The notes: generated from the sequence alone by a model not told the origin. 63,513 bases of DNA from Octopus bimaculoides (GCF_001194135.2 NC_068995.1:55995837-56059349), one strand, 5' to 3'; positions 23,178 to 35,339 are shown, numbered from the stretch's first letter. Made by a program: numbers and translations.

Positions 23178-23309
23178 TTAATTAGCAACGGATCACAAGT
23201 CGAAAGTTTGAAGATAAAATACTGTTTACTATTTACTACGCATTCCTCTCAATAATTACCATTATCAGTAAACTTATAATTTTGTTTACTTCAAAAAGGG
23301 GAAAAAAAG

Positions 23310-23341
<32 letters not shown>

Positions 23342-25104
23342 TTGTAAGTCGTTGTCTGACAATAAATGCGCTCCTTCGGTGAGCGTTCAGCAAAATAAAT
23401 TTCTCAGTTTCTTCCACCTCCATCTTTTCCTCTTCCATCTTCTCTACATCTTCCTCATCCTCCATTTTTCCTATCCTCTTATCCCAACCTCATCCGTACT
23501 TTCGCCTGGTATTTGAGAGACTGTCTTTCTTTCTTTCCGTGGCAAATGTTCCTTAATATATTGAGCAATTTATGAGAAAGCTACGAACCAATGATTGGTT
23601 CTAATACCAACGTGATATCTCCAATATGATATCTTTCCGTAGAAATGCTCATTACTTTTATTGCCAGAATAATAACGCACGGGGGAGAAGAATATTGTGC
23701 ACCAATGGACGAAGCTATTTGCAAATAACTTGCTCTAATATTTGCAATTACTTTATGCATGTGCATTAACAATCATTGTTCCTTGCATCTCATGCTCCCA
23801 TACGTTATATCTTAGACTCTTTCTTTCATTTGCTCGTTTTTTTTTCTTTCTTTTAGCTTCTGAAGTTATAGTTGTGGCTGTACGGATGGTCTGGTATGGC
23901 GGCGCTAGCCGTGTTGGTGTTAGTTATTTCTTTCGTCTCTCTTACTTTCACTTTCGCTAGTCGTTGTTATGCATGAATGATTAGAGAGTTGTGTATGTGT
24001 GGGCATAATGTTTTTTGATCTATGAGGCGAATGTGTTAGTAGCATTACTGAGTACATACTGTTTGATACGGTTAATGTATGCTACCATTAAATTGCTGTA
24101 CTCATAAAAGACGCGTCTGCGCGTTTGTTTTGTTTCGCTTCTTTTATTATTTTTACAGGCTTGTATTTATGCTTTGTCTGAACATTTACAAGCATCGGGG
24201 ATATATAAACAAGCATGAACTGGCTTAGGTGAGCACGCACATGCAGCTTGCACGTTAGCCATCTTGCCACCTGATTGACTGACGGTTTGGATGGATGGGT
24301 GGACGGGTGGACGAAACGCTAGAGAGATGGATGAAGTGAGAAATGGCTGGATTGCTTGGTCAGAGGGAGATGTGGATGGACTGGACTGGATTGGATTGAG
24401 GAATAGTTACGTGGTTAATTAGATGAGTGGATGGTTGCAAAGACTGAGACATAGATGGAATGGATATAGTGTGTGGAGAGAGAGAGAGAGAGAGCAGTAG
24501 TCTAAGTAAGTGGATATATAAATAGCCAGCTGGATCTTGGGTTGGAGGGATAGATAGATAGATGGGTCGGTGGATGGTTAGGCGTTAGATTGTGAGAAGA
24601 GCGAATAGTAAGAAAAATGAATGGATGCAGGGGTGGATAACAAATTGATGGATGATGTATGTATGGCTAACACGCTGGCTATTCGATATCTTACTACTAC
24701 TAAATAACAAGTGTATGTCTGAAGAACAATAACTAGCTAACAAGAAAAGATTTTGTGCGGTCGCTCGACCTGGTAGACACAACAGCCAATTCTCCTTCAG
24801 ATTGCAACCTTTTCGTTTTCAGAAAAGAGATAAAAGTGGTGGAGGACAAATTAGATAATTTAGTCTTGAACATAGCAAAAGACGAGCTGGTCACGGCTAG
24901 AGTGTCTTTGATTATAAGTTTGCTTAATTGGAGAGTGATGTAAGAGCGAACTACTACTACTATCATCACCATCACCACTGTTGTTGCTACCGATTCCTTT
25001 ACCACCACCGCCGCCACTACTACTACTACTACTTTCTTGGTGATACTTTCTTGGTGATGTAGTACGAGATATACAGTCATGATGATCATCATCATAATCA
25101 TCAC

Positions 25105-25400
25105 CACCGTCATCACCATTTAACGTCCATTTTCCTTGCTCACATGTGCTGGAAGATTTGACAACGAGCTGACAAGTCAGCGGGTTGTGCCGATCTTCAA
25201 TGTCTGCTTTGGTATGATTTCTACAGCTGGATGCCCTTCTTAACACCAGCCACCTTATTGAAAGGATTGGGTGCTTTTTATATGGCACCAGTGCTAATTT
25301 GATCATCAAGAAAGTCGCAATACAAGACTCCTCACCTGAGGTGAAGAGTGTTGTTGAAGATGGGTGGGGGGTTTTTGTGCCAGGCGACGAAAGGTTAAAG
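25105..25400 (-). mobile_element. SINE-like family C, longer copy
   Basis: atttaacgtccattttccttgctcacatgtgctgg ... ttctacagctggatgcccttcttaacaccagccacc ... ccaggcgacgaaaggttaaag. Confidence 0.75.
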
Positions 25401-25574
25401 TATGAAAGAGGGAAAAAGGTAATCACAACTAGAATCGTTTTTACCAATTTGGCGGCGAATTGGCATTCTGGTTAGTGGGGGTAAGTCAAAATGCGGCTGC
25501 ACAAAATCTGTCTCAACAAATTCTGTCCGACCCATGCAAGCATGGTAAAATGGACGTTCAAACGATGGCTGAAA

Positions 25575-25950
25575 AATGGCAGGTCGACTTTGCGTTACAT
25601 CATTTGGGGGTTGATGAAATAAGTACCAGTCGAGCACTGGGGTTGACGTAATCAACTTCACCCCTGCCCCGAAATTTCAGGTCTTCTGCCTATAACAGAA
25701 AGGATTATCATTATTATTATCATTAGATAAGTCGGTGAGCTGGCAGAATCGTTAACACGCCGGACCAAACGCTTAGCGGCATTTCGTTCATCTTTAATGC
25801 TCTGAGTTCGAATTCCACTGAGGTTGGCGTTACCTTTCATCCTTTTGGAGTCGATAAAATAAGTACCAGTTGAACATTGGGGTCGATATAATCGACTTGC
25901 CCCACTCTCCCCCCAAATTCCAGGCCTTGTGCCTGTATTATTAAGAATTA
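25575..25950 (+). mobile_element. Two head-to-tail SINE family A copies
   Basis: A 3' half-copy ends in gaaagg(att/atc)n at about 25715, immediately followed by a full copy starting at about 25729. Confidence 0.9.
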
Positions 25951-26624
25951 CTATTGGGATGGAGCATAAGAAAAGAATCCTCGATGCCCGAAAATATGAT
26001 GGTGTATCTATTTTGAGGATTGTTTGTTTTTGTTTTTTTTTAAGTTAAAACTGGCAGACAAGTTTGACAATGTGATATGTAATATAACCTGTGCAATTTC
26101 TCTGCTACGACTCCTCTAATATTACACCGAACTAAAAGTATATTAATAACTCCATATTGCCTTAACTTACTTCTCCATCAACTATCGACGCAGTGTCATG
26201 TCTTTTATTAATAATGTAATAATTTTTACAGCAAACATTTTACATTTTGGCAGCAAATAATTAACTATTTTTCTCTTTCCTTCGTAGTAAAGCCTGACCA
26301 AATTGTGATATCATTTTAATGGTCTGCCCATATCTGATATCACTTTTATAGCCTGTTCACATTTGATATCATTTTTATATCTTAATTTCTTCCATAATCT
26401 TGTTTCCTGCGCTTGTTAATGATACAATGTTTTCTTCGGATCAATTTTAAATGCTAATCAGTCACATCGCTATTTATTTTATTTATTTATTTATTAAGCA
26501 CTTTCTTAAAATAATTTTTTTTGAAAAATCTAACCAGAGAAATACTTCAGGTACAACGAAAAGTCGAGTAAATTGATGGCGGTCTGGTTTGGCGAAGTTT
26601 ACCATCTAATTGTGTTACTTGTTT

Positions 26625-27135
26625 CGGTGATTAGACTGCGGCCATGCTGGAGTACTGCTTTGAAGAGTTGAATCGGACAAATTCACTCCAGTACTTAATA
26701 TTTGAGTATGGTACTTATTCTATCGGACTCTTTTGCCGAACCGCTAGATTACGGGGAGGTGAATAAACCAATACCAGTTGGCAAGCGGTAGCGGGAGAGA
26801 CAAAGACATACACCCTTCCATATATATANNNNNNNNNNNNNNNNNNNNNNNNNNNNNNNNNNNNNNNNNNNNNNNNNNNNNNNNNNNNNNNNNNNNNNNN
26901 NNNNNNNNNNNNNNNNNNNNNNNATGTATATATATATATATATATACATATATATATGTATATATATATATATATATATACGGCGAGCTTCCACACAGTT
27001 TCCATCAACCAAGTTCATTCACAAGGCATTGGTCAACCTGGGGTTATAGAAGATATTTGCCCAAGGTATCGCTCGATGGATCTGAACCCGAAATCACGTG
27101 GTTGTAAAGCAAGCTTCTTAACAGCACGCCCATGT
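26625..27135 (-). mobile_element. SINE family B, full length, gap inside its internal microsatellite
   Basis: Tail RC (ttagactgcggccatgctggagtactgc) at about 26630, body to 26810, and head RC (acggcgagcttccac...aagcaagcttcttaacagcacgcc) at 26980-27135. Confidence 0.88.
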
Positions 27136-27696
27136 CTGCACTTATTCCACAAAATCATAGTTAGCTAGATAACTGGATAGGTAGAAAGATAGACAGATTG
27201 AGGGAAAGAACTATAGATTTATTTATGTATTGAGTGATCGATACATGGGTAGGTAGATTAAATAAGACTGTTTTAAAGAGTCTTTGCTTTTGTGCAATAT
27301 ATAGTGTATGCTATACGTATTCACACTTAATAGCTTTATTAACAGAGATACTTCAAACAAAGCAGTGATGACCGGAAGAGATTAACAAGTGAGAAAGGGA
27401 TTAACAGGTGAGAAAGGGATTAGTGCCTGTAGGAAAGTATTATGAAATGAGGTGTTATGAATGAAGTGTCGGATATTGATTGGTGATCGGTTCATTGTAG
27501 GGGAAATAGCAAACACAGCAGTAACAACAATATCGATATCAAGTGAATTACAGTCTCTGTGTGTTCGTTCAACCTGCGAGACTCGACAGAAATGGCAGAC
27601 AAACCGATTTTGAATGGTATTTTGTAGTCTTGAACTTTTGAATGAAGTCTGTTATATAGACACAAGCATAGCTGTATGACAAGATATTTGATTCCC

Positions 27697-27912
27697 AAGG
27701 CGGCGAGCTGGCAGAGACGCTAGCACGCCGGGCGAAATGTTTAGCGGTATTTCGTTTGTCTTTACGTTCTGAGTTCAAATTCCGCCGAGGTCGACTTTGC
27801 CTTTTATCCTTTCGGGGTCGATAAATTAAGTACCAGTTGCGTACTGGGTCGATCTAGTCGACTGGACCCCTCCCCAAAAACTTCGGGCCTTGTACCTAGA
27901 GTAGAAAAAGAT
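27697..27912 (+). mobile_element. SINE family A, best-preserved copy
   Basis: aaggcggcgagctggcagagacgctag (A-box-like) ... ctgagttcaaattccg (B-box GTTCRAATCC-like) ... gtcgactttgccttttatcctttcggggtcgataaattaagtaccag (resembles the Meta/Sauria-type central domain, recalled) ... gggccttgtacctagagtagaaaaag. Confidence 0.95.
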
Positions 27913-28186
27913 GTTTGTTTCCCAACCACATGGTTTCGGGTTCGGTCTCATTGCGTGGTACCTTCGCTAAGTGTCTTCTGCTCTGGCTTTGGGCCAACCA
28001 AAGCATTAGGATTGGATCTGTTAGACGAAAGCCTAAAGAAGGCCGTTGTATATGTTTGAAGCTCTGATAAAGCTATTGGATGATACTCAAGCACTTAGCT
28101 ATGAGTGTATTGCACCTTACAGCAGAAACAACTGTAAGGTAATGAAGTTCAGAACATGATGGTTTATTTCTTTGTCATCCAATTTC

Positions 28187-28222
<36 letters not shown>

Positions 28223-28224
<2 letters not shown>

Positions 28225-28535
28225 TCGTAAAGTCGTGGGTTCGATTCCCAGACCGGGCGATGCGTTGNNNNNNNNNNNNNNNNNNNNNNNNNNNNNNNNN
28301 NNNNNNNNNNNNNNNNNNNNNNNNNNNNNNNNNNNNNNNNNNNNNNNNNNNNNNNNNNNNATTCTTTGAGCAAAATGTCTTCATTTCACGTTGTTCCGGT
28401 TCCCTCAGAAGCAAGTGAGTTCCAGCGATGGATGGGAAGTTCAACCTTCCATGGACTGGCATCCTGTTCTGAGTGGTTGAAAAGCGTTTTCACTTCAGTC
28501 TCTTGTACGCCATTGAAACCAAGTCCTAGGACTCT
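28223..28535 (+). mobile_element. V-domain-like tRNA-derived SINE spanning a gap
   Basis: B-box gggttcgattccc at about 28237. After the gap come ctttgagcaaaatgtcttcatttcac and ccttccatggactggcatcctgttc (V-domain-like atggactggcatccc motif, recalled). Confidence 0.55.
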
Positions 28536-28984
28536 GAAAGAAAAGAAAGAGTAGTGGTGGTGGCGGTAGTAGTAGTAGGAGGAGGAGGAGGGGGTCTTCG
28601 TGAGTTTTGTATAGCAATGAAGTTCTAGAACGAACCATTTTTTCATGCAAATATATTAGTAAACTAAAACAAATATAACTACTATCATCATCGTCATTAT
28701 CATCATCACAAACTAGTTCAGCGTCCGCGCAGGCGCAGTGATTCTTAGCTCCATGTGGTACCAGGCAAGAGAGGACTTAACGCCTACGTAAGAGGAATTT
28801 TTAAAAAATAAACAAAAAATAGAACTAAATAAAAAAACGATGAATATTTCGAAATGTTAATATAGAGGAAGGAATATTGGAATATCGGAATATTGGAATA
28901 TGTTGCGGCCTTGAGACAAAAATATTGGAACTATTCCAAAATCTGTTCTACACTACACCATAATATAGGCATTATATAATGTAC

Positions 28985-30235
28985 TGCTACCACCACCACC
29001 ACAACCCACTACCATCAACAGCACCATCATCACTACTACAACTACTACTACTACCACCACCACCACCACCACTACTGCCATTCAACATTTTTATCACCAC
29101 CACCACCACCACCATCACCGCCGCCGCTACAGTTATTTCATCACTCTACCAATACTCCAATCACAACTGCCGCCATCATTGCCACAACCATCGCCATTGG
29201 AACCACCAAGACTATCACCACCACCACTACTACTACTACCTACACCAGCAATGATGTTACTACCAGCATTACCACTACTATCACCTCCACACTGTGTCTT
29301 CCATCACCACCACAACCACCACCGCAACTACCATCACCACCACCACTATTACCACACCAATCTCTTAAAACTCTAACCCTAACCNNNNNNNNNNGCAACT
29401 ACCATCACCACCACCACTATTACCACACCAATCTCTTAAAACTCTAACCCTAACCACCATCATAGTCACAACCATCATCATCATCATCATGATCGAAAGT
29501 ACTACCACCATCACTACTACTTCCCATACAGTAACTACCGTTAGTACCACCACTTCCTTCTCCATAACCGCCAACACCACCGTCACCACCACCACCACCA
29601 TCCCAACCACACCAGGCAGTCCATCTTCAATATTTCATCTAACTTTTATTTCATAAAACTGTCTACAACAACAGCAACAACACCAGCAGTGGCAGCAGCA
29701 GTAGTGTAGTAGTAACAGTAGTAGTAGTAGTAAAATTGCTGAAAGTGAGTCATGTCGGGCAAGATTCTATTACATGAATAAAAACCATTTATTACCACCA
29801 CCACCACCACCACCACCACGTTTACTTTCACCATCAACAGCACCATCATCACCACTACAACTACTACCACCACCACTTCTAGGACGCCATCTTCACCACC
29901 ACCACCACTACTGCCATTCAACATTTTTATCACCACCACCATCGCCGCCGCCGCTAGTTATTTCATCACTCTACCAATACTCCAATCACAACTGCCGCCA
30001 TCATTACCACAACCATCACCACACTACCATCCTTACCACCACCACTACTACTAAAGCTACTACTACCACTACTACAATTGCTACTTCAACTGCTACTACC
30101 ACTACGCTCACAGTTACCAGAATCGTCACTGCGAGCTTTATCACCCTCGTTACTACAACCAAAACCATCATCTTTGCCACCACTACCATCATCATCATCG
30201 TCGTCGTAGTCGTTGCTATCATTACTGCTAATACA
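28985..30235. repeat. (CAC/CAT/TAC)-rich low-complexity block with an internal duplication
   Basis: The segment at about 28995-29200 recurs diverged at about 29825-30020 (ccatcaacagcaccatcatca...actgccattcaacatttttatcaccacc...gttatttcatcactctaccaatactccaatcacaactgccgccatcatt). Confidence 0.9.
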
Positions 30236-30696
30236 TGAGTGTTAAGCGCAGCTGTGACGGGTTGATGTTTAACCCCGAGTCAGCTTGATTGGGGTGACCT
30301 ACGATGGAAGCAGTGAGTGCCACGCGTGACCATACCTAAGGGTTTATATATCCAGAACTACTTTATCCTATGGGCGTTTCCTACTTTTTCTTTTCTTTGT
30401 TTTGTTTTATTACAAGACGGCGAGTTATAATTTCGAGGGTGTTTGGTTGCTGTCTTTAGCGAATCGAAAGAGCACGTAAAGGTTCCTTCTTAGTGGAACT
30501 ACTGGAAATAGTTGTTGTTGCTGCTGTGGTTGTTGTTGTTGTTTAGACCCGGTCAGCCGTGACCCCTCCCCAACAGATCTATGATCAAACATTGTGTCGG
30601 AGAGATATCTTCCAGTATTTCTTCCCATTCTTTGTACTCTGAGTTCAAATCCTGGCATGGTCAATTTATCTTTTCAGTGTCGATAATAATAAAAGG

Positions 30697-30795
30697 CGCA
30701 AGCATGGCTGTGTGCATAAGAAGTTCTCTTTGCGACCATGGGGCTTCGAGTTCAGTCCCACTGCGCAGTACTTTGGACAAATATCTGCTACAATA
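30697..30795 (+). mobile_element. SINE family B, 5' fragment
   Basis: ggcgcaagcatggctgtgtgcataagaagttctctttgcgaccatggggcttcgagttcagtcccactgcgcagtactttggacaaatatctgctac. Confidence 0.8.
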
Positions 30796-31082
30796 GTTCC
30801 GGAGCGACCAGTGCCTTCTCAGTGAATTTTCTATTTCTCTCCAGCTTCCGGTCACATGTGCTTTTCTCCAGACTATCACCTCTTTCCTCCTTTTCTTCTT
30901 CTCCTCTCGGCGTTTTCCTCTTTCAGACGAAGCGCCAACCACATAACGTCATTTCTTTTATTTTTTTCCATCTAAAACTTTTACTGAACTTTAATCTAAT
31001 ATATTCACCGTGTATGTCCAGTTGGCTTTTAATTGTTTTTCCAGCTTTTTCCGTTCATGGATTCCCCCACCATCCATCCATC

Positions 31083-31122
<40 letters not shown>

Positions 31123-31124
31123 AT

Positions 31125-31540
31125 AGAAGTAAATAGACACCATTAATTTTCAAAATCTTTTAATACGCAAAGCGAACAATTGAAATGTAATCGATAGGTA
31201 GGACTACATACTTTAGTATTTAGTTGACATTCCCTTTGCAGTTTTTTATTCAGAAACTCTTTTTGGCATTGAACTGATGAGCTTTGTGATTGTCTCTTGT
31301 GGAATTTCTGCCCACTTTTCACGCAACAATCGAAACAATTCATCTTTAGATCTAGGCTTCTGTCGGGTTTCTCGTATAGCTCTATCACGTATGCTCCAAA
31401 GATTTTCAATTAGGTTCGTGTCAGGAGATTAGTTCGGCCAAGGAAGCTTTTTGATCCCATTTTCAGTCAGCCATTGTTGATTCCTTTTCGCTGTGTGGCA
31501 TGGAACCCCATCTTCCATGAATAAAAACTCATTTATCCTA
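31125..31540 (-). pseudogene. Tc1-like DD34E transposase, C-terminal remnant with 3' flank
   Basis: NEFLFMEDGVPCHTAKRNQQWLTENGIKKLPWPN*SPDTNLIENLWSIRDRAIRETRQKPRSKDELFRLLREKWAEIPQETITKLISSMPKRVSE*KTAKGMSTKY* (stop 31213-31215). Exactly 34 residues separate D and E. There are two internal stops. Confidence 0.92.
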
Positions 31541-32192
31541 GCCTTGTGCATGAAACTGGGTTGATGGAAACTACACAGAAGACCGCAGTTCCATCTTAAG
31601 GTAGAGGCACACTGGGCGTCTGCTGGAGGACCCCACGTGTCTAGGGACCCAATTCTGATCAACGTCTGCTTTGCCTTACTACCGACAGATAAATACTGTA
31701 GAGCGCAATACATTGATTTGCGCGGGAATCGAGAGGGGCCTACAATATTACTAAGACTGCCCCGTCATCAAATGGATTGTACCTGTAATTATAAAGAGAC
31801 AGCCTTGTCACACACATTGTGTCACGTTGATTCTACTTGAGAATTACGCTACACAGGTCTGCGGAATACTCAACTACTTACACATCAATCCATTAAGGAC
31901 TAGGTAATTTCAGTTGATTGAACAACAAGCTGAATACACCTCGGCGAAGCTGATGGAGGATCTATCATGGTTTAATATAGTCTATTGTTAATGCCGTGTT
32001 AATGTTGGATTACCTGTTCCTATTTACACTTGGGAACAGAACAACCTTTTTCTTTCTCCATTTACTTAATCGATAAACAATAGAATAGAAGAGATTACAC
32101 CAAAGATATTGATCTCTTTCACACGGCACAAATGCAGTTTTCTTGTCTTTTTGTTGTTGCTGACGAAGTTGTTGTTGTTGTTGTTGTTGTTA

Positions 32193-32630
32193 GGCGGCGA
32201 GCTGGCAGAATCATTAGCACGCCCGACCAAATGCTTAGCGGCATTTCGTCTGTCTTTACGTTCTGAGTTCAAATTCCGCCGAAGTCGACTTTGCCTTTCA
32301 TCCACTTGGGGTCGATAAATCAAGTACCAGTGAAACACCGGGGTCGATGTAATCGACTAGTCTCCTCCTCACAAGTTCTAGGCAGTGTACCTATAGTAGA
32401 AAGGATTATTATTATTATTATTATTATTATTATGAGGTGACAACGCCAGATTAAATGCTTAGCGGCATTTCGTCCGTCTTTACGCTCTGAGTTCGAATTC
32501 TGCTGAGGTAGACTTCGTCTTTCGCTCTTTCAGGATCGATAAAATAAATATCGGTTGAGTATTGGGGTCGATGGAATCGACTCACCCGTCTGCTGAAATT
32601 ACTGACCTTGTGCCAAAATTTGAAACAATT
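32193..32630 (+). mobile_element. Two head-to-tail SINE family A copies
   Basis: A full copy at 32193 to about 32430 ends in (ATT)n. A second, 5'-decayed copy starts directly after and ends gaccttgtgccaaaatttgaaacaatt. Confidence 0.92.
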
Positions 32631-33471
32631 ATTATTATCATGGTTTGTCTCAAGTTCGGTCTTACTATTATTATTATCAAATGGAATACATTGTGGCAAT
32701 TTTTTCTACGGCTGGATGCCCTTCCTGTCGCCAATCCTTACCTGTTTCAGAGTAAGGTAATATTGCCCCCATCCCATGACTTGATATGTTTTTCATAGAT
32801 AACTCGATCGACTCTGCTTATCATGACAGAGATGCTCGTTTACTACTATCAGAGGATGTCGAGACACCACACACACACGCACACGCACACGCACGCACGC
32901 GACAGACTCCTTTCAGTTTCTGTCTACAAAATTCACTCACAAGGTTCTAGTCAGCCCGGGACTTCAGCAAGAGACACTTACCCAATGTGCCGCGCAGTGA
33001 GACGGAGACGAGATGGTTGACAAGCAAGCTTGTTGACCACACAGCCACACTTGCGTAACTCTGTGTATGTGTGTGTGTGAGGTTTACTCACAAAAAGGAT
33101 TTTCAAAAAGACACCTTCAACCCAAACCAAACTAAGGGATATATATTGGTATTCATCTCCTTTCATATCGGATGCGTTTTTGGAAAAGTGTATGAACTTT
33201 GAATTTGCGAATCTCGAACCGCTTGGGGGTTCTATTCCCCAACAGTGCCCTCTAAACTTGAGTCACTAAATTACTTATAAATTTAAGAGTTTCTGGTCCC
33301 GCGTGTAAAATTAGGTTTCGCCGGGTGGGGCGAAGTTGTCACGCCCCAAATATAAGGGGAAATCCGCTTATGCCAATTTTTATGTCCGTTGCAGACTCGT
33401 GGGAATTATTTTCGGTGATGAAATACATGTTTTTGGTCAATGACATAAAATGAAAAAAATTAAGGACAAAA

Positions 33472-33742
33472 ACATTTTATTCCTTTACGTGATTCAACCT
33501 AAAGGCTGTGGCCATGCTGGGGCACCACCTTTTCAATAGCCATTCCTAAGTGGATGGCTTTTGGTAAAGGATAGTTTAATATTGATGCCCTAGTTTGAGT
33601 TTCTTGCCATGATGCCGGCTTATCTGGGCTTTTGGACAGCAGAAAGTCCAGGAGATTCTTGAAAACACCTACTCCAACAACCACCTTAGGTCTCCCAGCT
33701 GTTTTCGGTAAGATGTTGAATAGCATTACCTGGCAGTTGGGC
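33472..33742 (-). mobile_element. CR1/L2-like LINE 3' end (ORF2 C-terminus plus 3' UTR)
   Basis: MLFNILPKTAGRPKVVVGVGVFKNLLDFLLSKSPDKPASWQETQTRAS resembles the LFNxLP....FK..LD.FL..VPDxP...RA.SNS end of CR1-group ORF2. It is followed by aaggtggtgccccagcatggccacagcc...gtaaaggaataaa. Confidence 0.72.
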
Positions 33743-33772
33743 AAAAAACACCGATAGAATAAGAGCCAGACT

Positions 33773-33990
33773 AAGGCGGCGAGCTGGCAGAGTCGTTAGC
33801 CCCCCGAGCAAAATGCTTACCGACATTTCGTCTGTCTTTACATTCTGAGTTCAAATTCCGTTGAGGTCGACTTTGCCTTTCATCTTTTCCGGGTCGTTAA
33901 ATTAAGCACCAGTTGTGCTCTGGGATCGATCTAATCGACTGCGCCTCTTCCCCAAAATTTCCGGCCTTATGTCTAGAGTAGAAAAGAATA
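33773..33990 (+). mobile_element. SINE family A, full copy
   Basis: aaggcggcgagctggcagagtcgttagc...ctgagttcaaattccg...gagtagaaaagaat. It is followed by a family B tail fragment to about 34095. Confidence 0.93.
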
Positions 33991-34388
33991 AGAACCAGAC
34001 TTTATGAAACAAAAGCAACTGAATACTAGGATCAATTTGTTCGACTACAACCTTAAAGTCAGGGCCCCAGCATGGCCGCCGTCCAATTAAAGAGTAAAAC
34101 ACAAATCGCCACCAATGTATTTCCTCCATTCCGTATTTGTNNNNNNNNNNNNNNNNNNNNNNNNNNNNNNNNNNNNNNNNNNNNNNNNNNNNNNNNNNNN
34201 NNNNNNNNNNNNNNNNNNNNNNNNNNNNNNNNNNNNNNNNNNNNNNNNNNNNNNNNNNNNNNNNNNNNNNNNNNNNNNNNNNNNNNNNNNNNNNNNNNNN
34301 NNNNNNNNNNNNNNNNNNNNNNNNNNNNNNNNNNNNNNNNNNNNNNNNNNNNNNNNNNNNATATATATTATATTACTTTTCGGTATGG

Positions 34389-34439
<51 letters not shown>

Positions 34440-34996
34440 CATACATACAATATATATATATTGTATATATACTAAGAACTTCCAAATACTAAAAAGTCGT
34501 CAGTTGCTGCCCTTTCGTGTAATGGCGCCGTGTAGGGAATAACTGTCATGGCGTTGGTTTGTTTACAAATATAAAAGCACGGAAAATTGTCTACGAGAAT
34601 TATTACGCTCGCCCATGGATTTCGATCTACGGAGACAATATTCCGCGTGCATCGATGATTTTTCTGTTTATTAATTTTTGTAAATAAACTATTCTATTCT
34701 AACCTATCTTAAGGCTAAGCTAGAATATATAAAAACAATGTTTGTATACAATATATTATTTCCCTTTGAGATAGAAAATGGAGAAATAAAAAGCATCACT
34801 TTCATAGTTCCGATGCAGTTCAGTAAAAATGTACAAAATGTACGAATTTATAGGTTGTGAGAATTGAATTAGAAGTGTTGAGTTAGAGTTCCTTATTCCA
34901 AGAAATACGGATGACGAAGGAACGAATCGCGAGGACTGCTTTATATATATATATATCTATGTATATATATATATAATTAAGGTCGCTAGTATATAT

Positions 34997-35079
<83 letters not shown>

Positions 35080-35104
35080 TTAAGGTGGCTAGTAGCACAT
35101 ATAT

Positions 35105-35335
35105 ATATATATTGGGATCACCACTACTTTATTATCTCCCCTTCTTCCTACCTCTCCTGTGTGACCCCTCTGTCCGGCATTCGCCATGATAGATCGCTAG
35201 CCACTAAACATTTTTCTATTTTGTCTCCCTGTTTATTTCTGTGTGACTTTCTGTCGAAGAACGTAGGCTCGAAACGTAAAAGACTTTCTCATTTCCCGAG
35301 CATTAAACTAATACATCTGTTTGTTGTTTACACAA
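35105..35335 (+). mobile_element. Second copy of the hammerhead-like-motif repeat
   Basis: gacttt-CTGTCGA-A-GAAC-gtag-GCTC-GAAAC-GTA-aaagac at 35245-35284. The downstream 50 bp match the reverse complement of 22610-22660. Confidence 0.6.
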
Positions 35336-35339
35336 TCGT

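Noticed and set aside
26167-26201. Minus-strand donor-like sites (gatggagaa|gtaagt here; ggagaag|gtaaga near 49575)
   Set aside because: There is no convincing polypyrimidine acceptor upstream and no recognisable peptide.
27697-27790. A-box/B-box segments as real tRNA genes (also 10251, 22160, 38040)
   Set aside because: They do not form a cloverleaf with acceptor stem and anticodon arm, and they continue into SINE bodies present in many decayed copies.
29368-29457. ctctaaccctaacc as an interstitial telomeric repeat
   Set aside because: Only about two units are present, and the second occurrence is the gap-flanking duplicate.
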